From NCBI RefSeq assembly GCF_016433145.1, contig NC_058135.1, positions 57,300,730-57,364,606 of the forward strand: a stretch of DNA of 63,877 nucleotides, in the 5' to 3' direction. Source of the DNA: Gracilinanus agilis (taxonomy: Eukaryota). This document shows, piece after piece, positions 44,391-57,500 of the stretch (the first letter of the stretch is position 1; each line of letters begins with the position of its first letter). The translations under genes and the position numbers were made by a program. The notes under the pieces were generated by a model. That model was given only the letters and a program-made list of their open reading frames with translations, was not told the origin of the DNA and searched no databases.

Positions 44391-45892
44391 GAGAGGAAGG
44401 AAGGGAGAGGGAGAGAGAGGGAGGGGATAGGGGAGGGAGAGAGAAAGTGAGGGACAAGGAAAGAGAGGGAGAAGGAAAGAGAGGGAGAAAGGTAGGGGAA
44501 AGACAGAGAAATGAAGAGAAAGAGAAGTGGAAGAGAAGGGGGAGNGTCCTTTGGCAATCCTGCGAGGAAGTGTTTTAGTACAACCATTTTTTTTTTGACT
44601 GAAGAAAAGTGATTACTAAAGAAAAAACCCATCGCAACTCTGAAGAAGCAAGAAAGGCGGATGATTATTTTAATTGTCCCTCATTCATGAAGTAGTAGCG
44701 CTCAAGGAAGTTTGGTTCTCTAGGAAGGCTATTAAATGTCCTCAATTTTTTAGATAGGAATCCTAGGAAAGCCTTTTTTTTTTTTTAAACCCATACCTTC
44801 CATCTTAAAATCAATACTGTAAATTGTTTCAAGGCAGAAAATCAGTAAGGGCAATGGTAGTTGAGTGACTTGCTCAGGGTCACGCAGAGGAAAATCATTA
44901 AATAAATAATAATTAATAATATAATAAAAATTATTACATCTATATGTTATATATAAATACAATAAATAAATATATTTAAATAAATAGTTTCTATTGATTG
45001 GCTATCAGTCCTCAATCATCCCAGATTCTTGCTTCTACCCTTTCTCTCTGCCGCTTTTCCTTCCTTATGTCCATTCACCATTTCTGACCCTGTATGAACC
45101 ACCATTCTCACCCTGGGGGCTGAAGGAGTGGCATGTGGGAGGCCTGAGACAGAGAGCAAGGAGCTTGGAGATGACTTGAATATGAATAGAGAACGAGTCA
45201 GGGTAAGAATAGAAGCAGCGGAAGCCCAAGGTAGGTGCTACAGTAGGGTTAAGAAGACATCTGGGAGTGGGGTTAAAATCAGGGTTTGGGAGAGGAGTGG
45301 GAAGAATAAAGAAGGGCAAAAATGCCTTTGAGCAACCATTCTGCCACCCTGCTCCAACAAGGGCACTCGACCCTTCCCCATAGGATTCTTGGCAATCCTT
45401 TCTTTGACTTTTAAAAGCTGAAATCAGAATAGGCTCTCCATGCAAGAACCCCTTGGCATCTAGAAAGATCCAAACATTCAGCTACCATGATCACAGCCTT
45501 GGATGGTGTCTCCTTTCCAGTCAAATGTAAGTGCATACTAGTAGCCACTAAATAATGATGATGATGAAAGCTAACATGTACACGGAGCTTCAAGGTTTGC
45601 TAAGCACTTTCTAACTATTATCTCATTTGATCCTCGACAATCCTGGCAGGCAGGACCTTCATTTTACAGATGAGGAAAATGAGGCAGGTAGAGGAGTTAA
45701 GTGACTTGCCCAGGGCCACACATACTGGAAGTGAGATTCCCACTGCTCTCTCTATAGAGCCTGTGACCTTGTGTTTTGAGTTCCAGAAAAAGTAAATGAT
45801 GCAAAATAGAGGGATTCTCAAAAAAAGGTGGTAAACACTGTGAAAACCAAAATGCTAAATATTTGATATAACAACCACTGTATTTAAAGGTT

Positions 45893-46092
45893 AAAAAAAA
45901 AAACCCTTACTTTCTTCATAGAATCAATACTGAGTATTAGTTCCAAGGCAGAAGAGAAGGAAGGGCTAGGCAATGGGGGTTAGGTGACTTGCCCAGGGTC
46001 ACACAGGTAGGAAGTATCTGAGGCCAGATTTGAACCCAGGACTTTCATCTCTAGATCTGGCTCTCAATGCATTAAGCCACCTTGCTGCTCCC
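45893..46092 (-). mobile_element. SINE1_Mdo-type SINE
   Basis: aacccttac...agaatcaatactgagtattagttccaaggcagaag...gaggccagatttgaacccagg. Confidence 0.87.
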
Positions 46093-46444
46093 CTGGATTT
46101 AAGGTTAAAAGAAACGGGTCTCCATTATTGCTTTACTTACATCCTGTATGATCTCAGAAAAATTTCTGAGCTACTCTAGGTCTCAAGCTTTCTGTATAAC
46201 AAGAGGGTTGGGTTAGATGGGCTTTGAGATCCTTCCATCTCTATTTTTCCCAGACCAGATGTTCTCTAAATTCCCTTGCAGAAACTGTGACCCTACCCTA
46301 ATTGGGCTTTCAAGGTCCCTGAAGCACGTTCCCAGAAACTTGTCTGGCTCTTGTCTAGGTTGTTCTATCACAGATGGAGAAGGGAATAAACATTTATAGA
46401 GTGTCAATTATGTGCCAGTCACTGTGCTAAGTGCTTTTAAAACT

Positions 46445-46640
46445 TTTTTTAATTTTTTAAACCCTTACCTTCTGTCTTAGGATTAATATTAAGTATCAGT
46501 TCTAGGGCAGAAGAGTGATAAGGGCTAGGCAACTGGGGTAAAGTGACTTGCCCAGAATCCTAGGAAGGTGTCTGAGGCTGGATTTGAATCCAGGTCTTCC
46601 TGACTCCAGCCTCAATGCTTTATCTTCTGTGTCACCAAAT
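46445..46640 (-). mobile_element. SINE1/CORE-type SINE
   Basis: ttttttaaacccttaccttctgtcttagg...agtgacttgcccag...gtctgaggctggatttgaa. Confidence 0.8.
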
Positions 46641-47546
46641 GCCTGTATCACAGATGATACCATCATGTCTAACGAATAACTCTGAGAGGACTATGAGGCC
46701 ACTATTTAAACCTCAATGAATGCCATTCCCTGGATAATTCATCCCCACTCTCCCAAAGAATTATTCCAAGAAATAACATAGCACTGGTAGGGGTACGAGT
46801 TGTTAAGAAAATGGATGTCATTCTAGCAAAGGCCAAAAAATGCTTGAGCCCCCTAATGGCTCGGACTGCCTGCTAGTTAAGTAGGGTAATTTGGGGGGTT
46901 AGAGTAGGGATACCTGCTGTCGAGGGTCACTATTGCCCATTCTGTACATCTACAGATTTCCATTTAAAACCAAAGTGTAGACTCTGGCTGTGCATAAAGG
47001 TTTCAAATCCTTTTTCAATTGGTTGTGCATTTTACCAATAGTTATCCTGTTAATAACTGAATCCGGGGGAATTTTAACACTCCACCAACTTATTGAGATG
47101 GGAAATTCCATCTGGCCTCAATCGTTATGGTGGCATTTAACTTTTTATTAAACTCTTTAAAAGTCTAGTACTTGTGAAATAGAAAGCATGTAATTTAATA
47201 CCGTGCTCCCCTCACTTCCCTGAATTTGATCTTCACAAGCAGCCTAACAAAGAGAGCAGATTTAATTTCCAGTACCAAGAGGACCTGTTGAATTCTTCCA
47301 TCAAACAGAATTTAAAAGAACATTTAAAGCCAGAAATCTTTCTGAAGGAACCCCAAAATTGTGCCTCTTTTTAGAAAGTCCCTCTTCTTGGTAAACCTAC
47401 TCTGCAACCCAGTAATATCATTCTGTTGTCTGTTTCTCTTCCAGAACATTCATTTCTTGCCTCCATGCCCACGCTGCCATGCCTGCAGTGGACTTGCTCC
47501 TCCAATCCATTTCTTAGAGATCCAACTTTCTTTCAAGCGCAACTCA

Positions 47547-47748
47547 AGGGGGCAGAGGGTGGTTTAATGGATTGAGAGCCAGACCTGGAGATGAGAGGTC
47601 CTGGGTTCAAACCTGGCCTTGGACACTTCCCAGCTGTGTGACCCTGGGCAAATCACTTGACCCCCAATGCCTTGCCCTTATTGCTCTTCTGCCTTGGAAC
47701 CAATCCACAGTATTGATTCTAAAATGGAAGGTAAAGGTTTTAAAAAAA
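47547..47748 (+). mobile_element. SINE1_Mdo-type SINE, antisense to LEF1
   Basis: ggggcagagggtgg...gggttcaaacctggcc...cagtattgattctaaaatggaaggtaaaggttttaaaaaaaa. Confidence 0.88.
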
Positions 47749-47822
47749 AGTACAACTCAAGTCCATTTCCTATAGGAAGCCTAACCTGATCTCCTTAGTT
47801 GCTAGTGCTCATCTAATTACTT

Positions 47823-47873
47823 TGTGTGTGTGTGTGCGTGTGTGTGCGTGTGTGTGTGTGTGTGTGCGCGTGT
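47823..47873. repeat. (GT)n/(GC) microsatellite
   Basis: tgtgtgtgtgtgcgtgtgtg...gcgcgtgt. Confidence 0.95.
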
Positions 47874-48407
47874 CTTCCATCATGCCCCCAAGAATCCAAA
47901 CTCTTTGAAGTTTTGCTTTTTGGCTTCAAATTCTCAGCTCACCTCCTCCTCCAGAGTCCGATACAAGGTAGTCACTTTACAACACTTATTGACTGAACAT
48001 ATGAAAGTTTTAATATCACCATTTTGTCATCTGGTAAAACGGAGGGTCAGAAAGAATAAGAAACTAAGAGGCCCTTGGCCAAACATCTAATAAACGTCAG
48101 AGTTTAGTCTTTTAGTGCTACATCCATTCATCTTTTTTCTACTCTGCCACACAGATGTCCAGCTTAACAGGGCAGTGTTCTAATTTAGCAAAGGGTACAC
48201 TGTGGAGAATCTACCACCATCAAAAGACAACTGGAACATTTTTCTTCCTTACCAGCATTGAACACTAGGTGGGCGCCCTGCTTCTATTGCTTATTGTCCT
48301 ACCAGATACATGTGGGTGAACTCAACACTCGGCATTCCTGAGTGTATACCCAATTCAATCTACTTCTTCTGTCAAAAAGACTCACTTAATAATTAATTTT
48401 TTTTCCC

Positions 48408-48592
48408 AGGGGCAGCTGGGTGGTTCAATGGATTGAGAGCCAGGCCTAGAGATGGGAGGTTCAAATGTGACCTCAAGACACATCCCAGCTGTGTGCCCCT
48501 TAGCAAGTCACTTAAGCCCCATTGCCTAGCTCTTCTGCCTTGGGACCAATACACAGAATTGATTTTAAGATGGAAGGTAAGGGTTGAAAAAG
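48408..48592 (+). mobile_element. SINE1_Mdo-type SINE, antisense to LEF1
   Basis: ggggcagctgggtggttcaatggattgagagccaggcctagagatgggagg...ggaaggtaagggttgaaaaa. Confidence 0.87.
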
Positions 48593-48689
48593 TAAAATAA
48601 TTCATCTCCACCCCCCACCCCCGCCAGAGTCTTATCTGTTCCTCAACTATTTAGCTGAGGATGAGAACAGTAGCTTGTCCCACAAGACC

Positions 48690-50095
48690 TTCTTCTCTTC
48701 TTCCTCTGTACTATTTTGTTTAATGATCTCATCAGCTCCCATGGATTCATTGGCCATCCCTGATGATGTACCCATCTGACCCCAAACTCTCTGCTGACCT
48801 TTAATCTCCCATCTCCAACTACTTATTAAATTTATTCAACTGGCTGGCCCACAGGCATCTTAAAGCCAACACATCTAAAACTGAACTCTCTCTTTCCTCT
48901 AAATCCCAGCATTCTTCTTAATTTTCCTATGCTGGTTCCACCATCCTTCCTATCACCCAAGCTCGTAACCTAGGTGTCCTCCTGAAGTTCTCACTTTCTC
49001 TCACCCACCGTATCAATCTGTTGCTAACTCCTACTAATTCTACCTTCATGACACTGCTCCCACCATGATTCAAGCCCTGGTTGTTCTCCCTACATTTAAA
49101 TTTCTCCCTTGTCCTTTGATCCTGCAGCTGCCAAACTTGACTTCCCAACCACAGTTATCACCATGCCACATCCTTCCCCTTCCCAATTCAATAAACATCA
49201 GGGATTCTTCATTCTTCATGTATCAAATAGAAAATCTTGTGTTTGGTCTTTAAAAGCCTTCCTATTCTGGTCACTTCCTACATTTCTGGTCTTCTTTTTT
49301 AGTTAAAAAACAAAGAAACAACCCTTACCTTCTGTCTTAGAGTCGATGTAAGTTTTGGTTTCAAGGCAGAAGAGAAGTAAGGGGCTAGGCAATTAGGGTT
49401 AATAACTCACCCAGGGCCACACAACTAGGAAGTATCTGAAAACAGATTCGAACCCAGGACCTCCCATCTACAGGTTACCCCTATTTTTAATCTTTTTACA
49501 CCTAGCTCCCCTCCACATACTCAGTAATCTGTATGTGTGATTTTTTTTAAAACCCTTGTACTTCGGTGTATTGTCTCATAGGTGGAAGAGTGGTAAGGGT
49601 AGGCAATGGGGGTCAAGTGACTTGCCCAGGGTCACACAGCTGGGAAGTGGCTGAGGCCGGATTTGAACCCAGGACCTCCTGTCTCTAGGCCTGAGTCTCA
49701 CTCCACTGAGCTACCCAGCTGCCCCTCAGTAATCTGTAGATACTGGCTTCCTTGCTGCTGCTTCTTGCACAATAACAGAAGACACTCTTATTTCCCACTT
49801 CTGTGAATTTTTTATCAACTCTCTCTCTCATGCCTGGAATACTCTCACTTCTCATCTTTGCCTCCTGCTTTCTCTGGCTTCCTTCAGATCTCAACTCAAA
49901 TCCTTCCTGGTTCCTGTTAAGGTAAGTGCCGTCCTTATGAGATTACTTCTAAGCTATCTTACACATGTGTAAACTTCTATGTTGTCTCCCCCATTTGGAT
50001 GTGAGCTTCTTGAGAGCAAGGGCTGTTTTTGTCTTTCTTTGTATGTAGACTGTCCTGCACACAGCAAGTGCTTAATAAGTTAAATAAGTCAATTG
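48690..50095 (+). mobile_element. L2 LINE fragment interrupted by two SINE1 copies (49303-49490; young 49542-49725 with TSD ctcagtaatctgta)
   Basis: tcagctcccatggattca...ctcaaagc/aactgaactc...tgtgagcttcttgagagcaagggctg...cacagcaagtgcttaataa. Confidence 0.75.
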
Positions 50096-50147
50096 TTGAC
50101 TATTTCCCTTTATTATATATGTTTTTATATATGATATATTGCTATAT

Positions 50148-50285
50148 ATCATAATATAGTCCACTATAATAATATAGCATTATATTACTTATATATGCCT
50201 CTCCCTATATATATAAATCATAATATAGTCCACTATAATAATATAGCATTATATTACTTCTATATGCCTCTCTCTATATATACCT
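50148..50285. repeat. Tandem duplication, 2 x about 69 bp, AT-rich
   Basis: atcataatatagtccactataataatatagcattatattactt.tatatgcctctc.ctatata starts at 50148 and 50217. Confidence 0.92.
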
Positions 50286-50343
50286 TGCAATATTCTCTAG
50301 TCTGGAGTTATTGTCCAGATTCTCACATGACACATACAAATCA

Positions 50344-50550
50344 TCCTTTTTTTTTAAACCCTTACCTTCTATCTTGGAATCAATGCTGGGTATTGGTTCT
50401 AAGGCAGAAGAATGGTAAAGGACTAGGCACTGGGAGTTAAGTGACTTGCCCAGGGTCACACAGTTAGGAAGTATCTGAGGTGAAATTTGAACCCAGGACC
50501 TCTTGTCTCTAGGCTTGGCTCTTAATCCACTGAGCTACCCAGCTGCCCCC
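50344..50550 (-). mobile_element. SINE1_Mdo-type SINE
   Basis: ttttaaacccttaccttctatcttggaatcaatg...ctacccagctgcccc. Confidence 0.88.
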
Positions 50551-50739
50551 TTACAAATCATCTCTTATTAAAACTTAGGTCTTATTTTTGAATGTTAGAT
50601 CTTGAGAGCACTTTAACAAATGACTACATAAATGATTTTGTTTACTCCTCACCACAATTCATTGAGACAAGTATTATTGTTATTCTCATTTTACAGAGGA
50701 AAGAAACAAGTTCGGAGAGATTACCAACAATATACGAAA

Positions 50740-51975
50740 AGATATTGGACCTCCTTAATTCTGAACAAGAAAACTAAGAGAATACTCATAGCTACCAACC
50801 TATATGCCTATTCTCCCATATATACAGAATCTCCATAAGTCATATCTATATATGAAGTAAGGGAATCCTTAATGAGTGTGTAACTGGGAACAGGAAATAT
50901 TTGACAATAGGCCCCATTTTTACCATCTCATGGTTCATTGAAAGAAGTACAAAGCACAAGATCCTGATAGGTTTACTGTTTTTAGATTATGAAAAAGTAT
51001 GTGATTTGTTAGGACAAAATGTATCTTTTATAGGCTCTTTTACAACAAGGTATTTTCCATTCCTACTTCAAGAGCATTCGAAGTTCCCTGGAAAATGTAA
51101 CAACAGAAATAACTGTTCAGCGACACTATGATGAGAAACTTCAGCTAAGGCATAAAACAGGGAGATATATATTTGCCAAAGGTATTCTTCACTGTGATGG
51201 AGGAGACCCTTGGCACAGTTCTGGTCAAAGAGGGCTTTCTTATGGATGATGAGATCCTTCAGATGTTCCTGTTTGTGGATGACATTTTGCTGATTATGTC
51301 AACGTTTCAAGGAATCCTAGAAGAGATCTATAATCACTCAGAGGAATTTGACTGCCCATCCACACAGGAAAGACAAAATGGATGAAGAATGCCTATTTCC
51401 AGATTTCAATATGCATTTAAAAGGTGAGCATCTTATAGAGTTTACCCAACAGTATTTATATGTGAAACAGCTGCTAAAGATGAGAAAGGAACTGGGCTAA
51501 GTATTGAAAGGATAACAAGGAGCATTGCTTTCAGGAAAATGCAAAAATCTTTTACTGGCTCTAACTTTTTATGAAAGAAAAGCGTCATCTTTTCAATACT
51601 ATATTTTATTGGTGTTGCTATATGGCAGCAAGTCATGGCATGCCATTTTCTCCAAAGAACTCAAGATTATTATCCCAACATTGAGGGGGAGGAGGATACA
51701 GGATGCAACATGTTAACCAATCAGGAATGGGAAAGGAGAATATATATAAAAGATGCCATCAAGGAAATGAATAACAAGGAGAGAAAAGAGGCAAGACAAA
51801 GCAAGAAAAAGTGGCAAAACAGAGGGATGGCAGGTGGACCTCTAGAGTGATCCACTACTGATGATGCCTTTATGATATCAAGAGAAATCAAAGAAGGTAG
51901 ATGGGATGACATGTGCCAGTTTGCACATGGTTGGGCAGGAATGGATGAGCTCCCATCCCAATCACTGGAGAAAAT
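50740..51975 (+). mobile_element. RTE-clade LINE fragment; decayed reverse transcriptase
   Basis: Broken frames give SYQPICLFSHIYRI (NYRPISLLS motif), IFTISWFIER..K..IGLLFLDYEK (IFT/EK/LFxDxxK motif) and PKVFFTVME..QMFLFVDDILL (YADD-like motif). Confidence 0.85.
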
Positions 51976-52169
51976 TATTGAATCAATAAGATTACAGAAT
52001 CATGTGAATATTTTAAGTTTCAAATATTTACTACCAGGACTGCCTACAAACCCAACTTAGGTTCAGAATGCTCAAAACTGAACTCATTATCTTTTCCCTC
52101 AAACTCTCACCTCTTCCTAACTTCTTTTATGTAATTACTGTTGAGGGTACCACAATCTTCCGATTTACC

Positions 52170-52520
52170 CTGTCTATAAAACTATAAGTTGGCATAGTAC
52201 ACAGAGTGCTGGGATTAGAATCATAATGACTTGAGTTCAAATCCAGTCTCAAACACTTCCTAGTTGTGGGACTCTGGGCAAAGAAATTACTTTTTTGAAG
52301 GAGTCTGTCTCAGTTTCCTCATCAGTAAAATGGGAAAATTTATAACATGACTAACCTCCCAGGGTGATTGTGAGGATCAAGTGAGATAATATTTGTAGAA
52401 GGCTTTACAACTATTAACTAGCTATGAAAAAGCTAGCAATAATTTTTGCCACCATCAACCTCACCGGCTTGGTCTGAGAATCAAATGAGATGATAGATGT
52501 CAAGGGCTCTGCAAACTTTT
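52170..52520 (+). mobile_element. MIR-type SINE(s)
   Basis: gacttgagttcaaatccagtctca...cagtttcctcatcagtaaaatggg...gtgattgtgaggatcaagtgagataat. Confidence 0.78.
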
Positions 52521-52662
52521 AAGTACTATATCAAAGAAATTTTCTAATAATAAAAAAATGATAATGACAGAGACAGAAGAGCTCAAATCCTTCTTGAAGA
52601 GTGCTCAGGAGTTCTTTCCTAAGTAACTTTCCTGACCACGCTTTGCTATGAGGAAGAATTGA

Positions 52663-52664
<2 letters not shown>

Positions 52665-52720
<56 letters not shown>
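52665..52720. repeat. (GT)n microsatellite
   Basis: About 28 perfect units. Confidence 0.97.
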
Positions 52721-52726
<6 letters not shown>

Positions 52727-53207
52727 GTGTCAATAGGGATGTACTGGACACAGCTGAGATTAAATTTTCATTGTGATTATTTACACCTTGAAAATCTGTA
52801 AATGCCACATACAAATCAGGCCTAGGTTTGTTGTTTTGTTTCTAGTCTAGTTTTAAGTTGTTAAACACTTAGCCAGCACATCACTGGGGATAGGGAACTC
52901 CCGATGAAGAAATTGCACTGCAGGTGTACAACTGTTGTGCAATGGAGAACACGACTAATTCACCTAAATTCCTAAAAATGCCTGATGTGTAACCAAGGGA
53001 GCACTTTGATTCAGGTTTCTCCCTGTCTTTACATCATAGTTATTTCTGGGAAAAACAACAACTACCCCCTTTCACCCCAGATTGAACCCTCCCTTTTAAC
53101 AAAGAAAAACAATGTCACCAAAACCCCACATCTCATAGTAACCACATCTGATGATAATAATAGTTAGAATTTATATGGTATTTTGAGATTTGAAAAGTGT
53201 GTCACAA

Positions 53208-53400
53208 AGGCAGCTAGGTGGCTCAGCAAACAAAGTGCCAGGCCTAGAAATGGGAATTCCTGGGTTTAAATCTTGCTTCACACTGCCTAGCTGGATAACC
53301 CTAGGAAAGTCACTTCACTCTGATTGCCTAACTCGTATCACTCTTTTGCCTTAGAAAAGATAGGTTGCATTGATTCTATGACAGAAGGTGAATTTAAAAA
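53208..53400 (+). mobile_element. SINE1-type SINE (older), antisense to LEF1
   Basis: ggcagctaggtggctcagc...ccaggcctagaaatggga...gcattgattctatgacagaaggtgaatttaaaaa. Confidence 0.8.
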
Positions 53401-55089
53401 GTCTATCTATCACATGTTATCTCATTTGATCCTTACAACAATTCTTTTAAATGCTTTTATTTTCCCTATTTTACAAATGAGGTAACTGAGGCATAGTCAG
53501 GCTAAGTGACTTTCCCAGGGTCACCCCGTTAGCAAGTTTCTGGGTCAGGATTCAAATTCAGATCTTCCCGACTCTGAGGCCAGCACTGTGCCACCTAGCT
53601 TGCCACGATATATACAACATTCTGTCCCATTATCAGGACATCATTATTCCTGTCCACCCAGTGGGAATGAGGTGAAATCAACTGAATGCAATTGAGTGTG
53701 CCATTTCCCAACCACGTCCTTCTGAATATCTGAGATCGATAAAATCCAAAATGAAAACTGGGAATCACTGACACTCTGGTAAATGTGAAAACTTGTCATG
53801 CATTGTCTTCTGGGAGTGGAGAGAGAAACCCACAATATAATAATGAAGGCAAAACACCGGCATAAGGGAAAACGAACTGATTTACTTCTAATGTTTCTTC
53901 TGCCTCGTTACTGTGAATGCCAACTGCACTGGTTTAAAAAGATGCATATGATATTCCAAATGCTATCACTTGGTATTGTAATTATCCATGGGACTAATCC
54001 CACTCACACCAGAAAGCTCTAAGGGTGAGTTTTGTATGTTTTCCTCCTTTTCTTTTTTAACCAGAGGGGATGACTCCAGGATTGCTTGTATTCACATATA
54101 ATCAAAGTTGACAAGGATTGCAGTTCAGAGAGAAATGAATAAAGAGGATGGATTAGAATATCTCTGCTGTCTCCCTGCCTCCAACATCTAAGAAAATGGA
54201 GAGAATTATGATTAGAAAGAGTTCCAGGTCAACTCTCAGGTCAGAGCTAAAGGAATTGACAAAAAAGCCTATGGAACTGGACAGAATTGGCATCCCCTAA
54301 TTTTGAGATGGACAGTGAAAGGCAAGCTTTAGCTTTAATGAAGGAGATTGGAGGATTGACTTCTAAAGTTAAGTATAATCCCCAAGTCACAAAATTATAT
54401 GCAGCCTTCCAAGGCTTTCTTTTTAGGTCATGTGTGTTTAACAAAGAGAACTCTCAAGAGTCTTAGAATCTTGCCATTCATTAATTACTGAGAGTGTAAG
54501 GGATGGCTTCATGATATATTATGGGCGTAGGCCAGCAGAGAAAGGCAGCCAAAGAGGGCAGGGATGGTTAAGGAGGTGGCGGGAATGGAGTGAGGAGAGA
54601 GTGACTGAATGAGCAAACCACAGAAGCAGAGGAGTGAAAAAACTGGATAATGGAGATCGTGGTTCTTCTCAGGATAGTCTGTGTGCAGAGTCAACAGAGC
54701 AAAACGGTTCCCAATTTGTTTTAGTTACAACAACATGTTATTTATATGATTTCTTTACAATCTCCTCTCCTCTTCTAAGCTTTAAGTATTGTAGAAATTG
54801 GACCTCTTTTTGTTGTTATTACTTTCTTTTCATCAAAATGAATCAAGATCATACATCTAGAAATACACGTCACTTGATATAATGGAGATATACTAGGCAA
54901 TCACATCGCCAGATCTGAGAAATTTATAATTATAGAAAGGCAATATTTGTAAAAGAATAAAAAGGACCTCAACCATGGTAGGCAGCTGAGAGGCTGGGTA
55001 GGAAAATGGGAAATTTTAGGAGCAGAATCATTGATTTAGAATTAGAAGGACCCTTAAGGGTCATTTTGGCCAACTCCTTTATTTTGTTT

Positions 55090-57500
55090 CATTCAATTTT
55101 TGAAAACTGAACTTAACACAAAATAAAATGGACGTATCCATATATCGAGTAGACCAAAACAACAACATAAAACTTCAATGTATCGCTTGTTTTTTCAAAA
55201 TATGTAGTTTCAGTATATAACTTTCAGAATTGTCCTGCTCCTCTAATTCTTGCACTTTTTCATGTTCTCCTCTTCTCTATATTATAAAAACTTCAATGAC
55301 AGTTTTTCGACTTTTCCATTTTTGTCTACCCTATTGCTAGCTCCACACTCTTTCCCACCCACTTTCACAGAATTGGGGGGGGGGGATAAAAGAAAGAAAG
55401 AAAAAGAAAACCCTTGAAACAAAGATGTATAATCAAGAAAAATACATTCTCCTAATAACTGCATCTATACACGCACACATGTACACACTTACATACATGC
55501 ATATATACACACAGTTCATTCAGCATCATGAGATCATCACTTAATTCAATCTGTTATGAACATTGGTCCTCTGGAATCATGGCTGGTCCCTATATTGAGC
55601 AGAGATGCTAAGTCTTCTCAAATTATTTGCCTTTACAGTGTTGTTGCTGTATAAGTTGTTCTCTTGATTCTGTTCACTTCACTCTCTATTAGTTCATTTA
55701 AGTCTACACAAGTTTCTCTGAAAGCATTCCTTTCTTCATTTCTTATAGTATAATATTCTATTATATCCATATACGTAATTTGTTCAGGGATTCCCCAATT
55801 AATATGCATCTCTTTAGTTCCCAGTTTTTTGCTTCAACGAAAAGCTACCTTAAATATTTTTTGTACCTATGAGTCCTTTTCCTTTCTTTAAACTCTGGAG
55901 TATGGGCCTACTGGCACTAGTGCTGAGTCCAAAGGCATGCACAGCTTAATGGTTTGGCGGGCATTACTCCAATCTGTGCTCCAGAATGCCTGGACCAATT
56001 TATAGCTTCACCAATGGCATATTAGTTGGCTTAGTTTGCTATAGCCCCTTCAAAAAACATATTTCTTCCCTTTTTTGGTCATATTTTTCACTCTTATGGG
56101 TGTGGGATGGAACCTCAGAGTTGCTTTCTTGTGAATTCCTCTAATTACTAGTGATTTTGGAGCTCTTTAAAAATAATTGTTTATAGTTTGGATTTCTACT
56201 TTTGAAAAATTCTCGATCATATGGTTTGATTTTTCATACTGCTAGAGAATGGGTCTTGTTCTTATAAATTTCAATCGTTTCCTTATGTGTCTTAGATATT
56301 ACTTTTTAGAGATAAATTTTCTGCAAAGGTTTCTTTCCCTGCTAATTATTTCCCTTCTAATTTTAACAATTGATTTCATTTATTTGAAATCTTTTAAGTG
56401 ATTTGCAATCACAATGGTCCTTTTTATCATCTGTGATCTTTTCTACATTCTATTTAGTTATAAATTCTTCTATTATTTTTTAATTCAAAGATATTTTATT
56501 TTCCCAATTACATGTAATAACAATTTTCAACAGACATTTTCCAAAATTATAAGATCCATCTTGTATCTCTCCCTCCTTTCCCTCTCCCTTCTCAGAGATG
56601 GTAAGCAATTTGATCTGGATTATACATGTATTATCATGCAAAACACACTTCCATATTGGTCATTGTTGTCAGAGAATACTCATATAAATCCAAAACCCCC
56701 AAATAAAACTGTAAATAGACTAATGTGAAAGATAATCGGCTTGATCTGTATCTGACTCCAACAGTTCTTCCTCTGGAGGTGAATAGAAATTTTTGTCATA
56801 AGACCTTCAGAATTATCCCAGATCATTGTATTGCTAAGAGTAGCTAAGTCTTTTATAGTTGATCATCATGCTGTTACTGTATATAATATTCTCCCAGTCT
56901 TGCTTACTTTGCTCTACATCAGTTCATGTAGATCTTTCCAGTTTTTCTGGAAGCACTCTGCTCATCATTTCTTACAGCACACTAGTATTCCATCACCAGC
57001 ATAAACTATGGATAGTCTCATAATTTCCAATTCTTTGCCACCACAAAAAGAGCAACTACAAGTACTTTTGTACAATTACCTCCTTTCCCTTTTTTTAGGA
57101 TCTTTTTGAGATACAGGCCCAGTGGTGGTATTACAGGATCAAAGGGTATGCACATTTTGTAGCCCTTTGGCCATGTTCCAACTTAGCCTCCAGAATGGTT
57201 TCAGATTAGTGTCCAAATTTTGCCACATCTCCTCCAACATTTATTAATTTCCTTTACTGTCATGTTGGCCAATCTGCCAGGTGTGAGGTGGTACCTCAGA
57301 GATGTTTTAATTTGCATTTGTCTAATCAAGTGTTTGATTTAGAACATTTTTTCATATGATTATTGATATTTTTCCATCCATGTTTTCTAAAGGCATTTTC
57401 TTCCTTAATCCTCTAATCTCTTTCTGATATGACCTTTTATATCAATGTTATATAGCCTTTTGAATCTTATCTTGGTATATGGATTATGCCTGATGTCTGC
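55090..57500 (-). mobile_element. Nested L1 3' fragments (older L1 about 55090-56440; younger L1 about 56470-57370), sense to LEF1
   Basis: ctctggaatcatggctggtc...gtgggatggaacctcagagttgc; and ttttattttcccaattacatgta...ttctttgccaccacaaaaagagc...ggtgtgaggtggtacctcagag. Confidence 0.85.
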
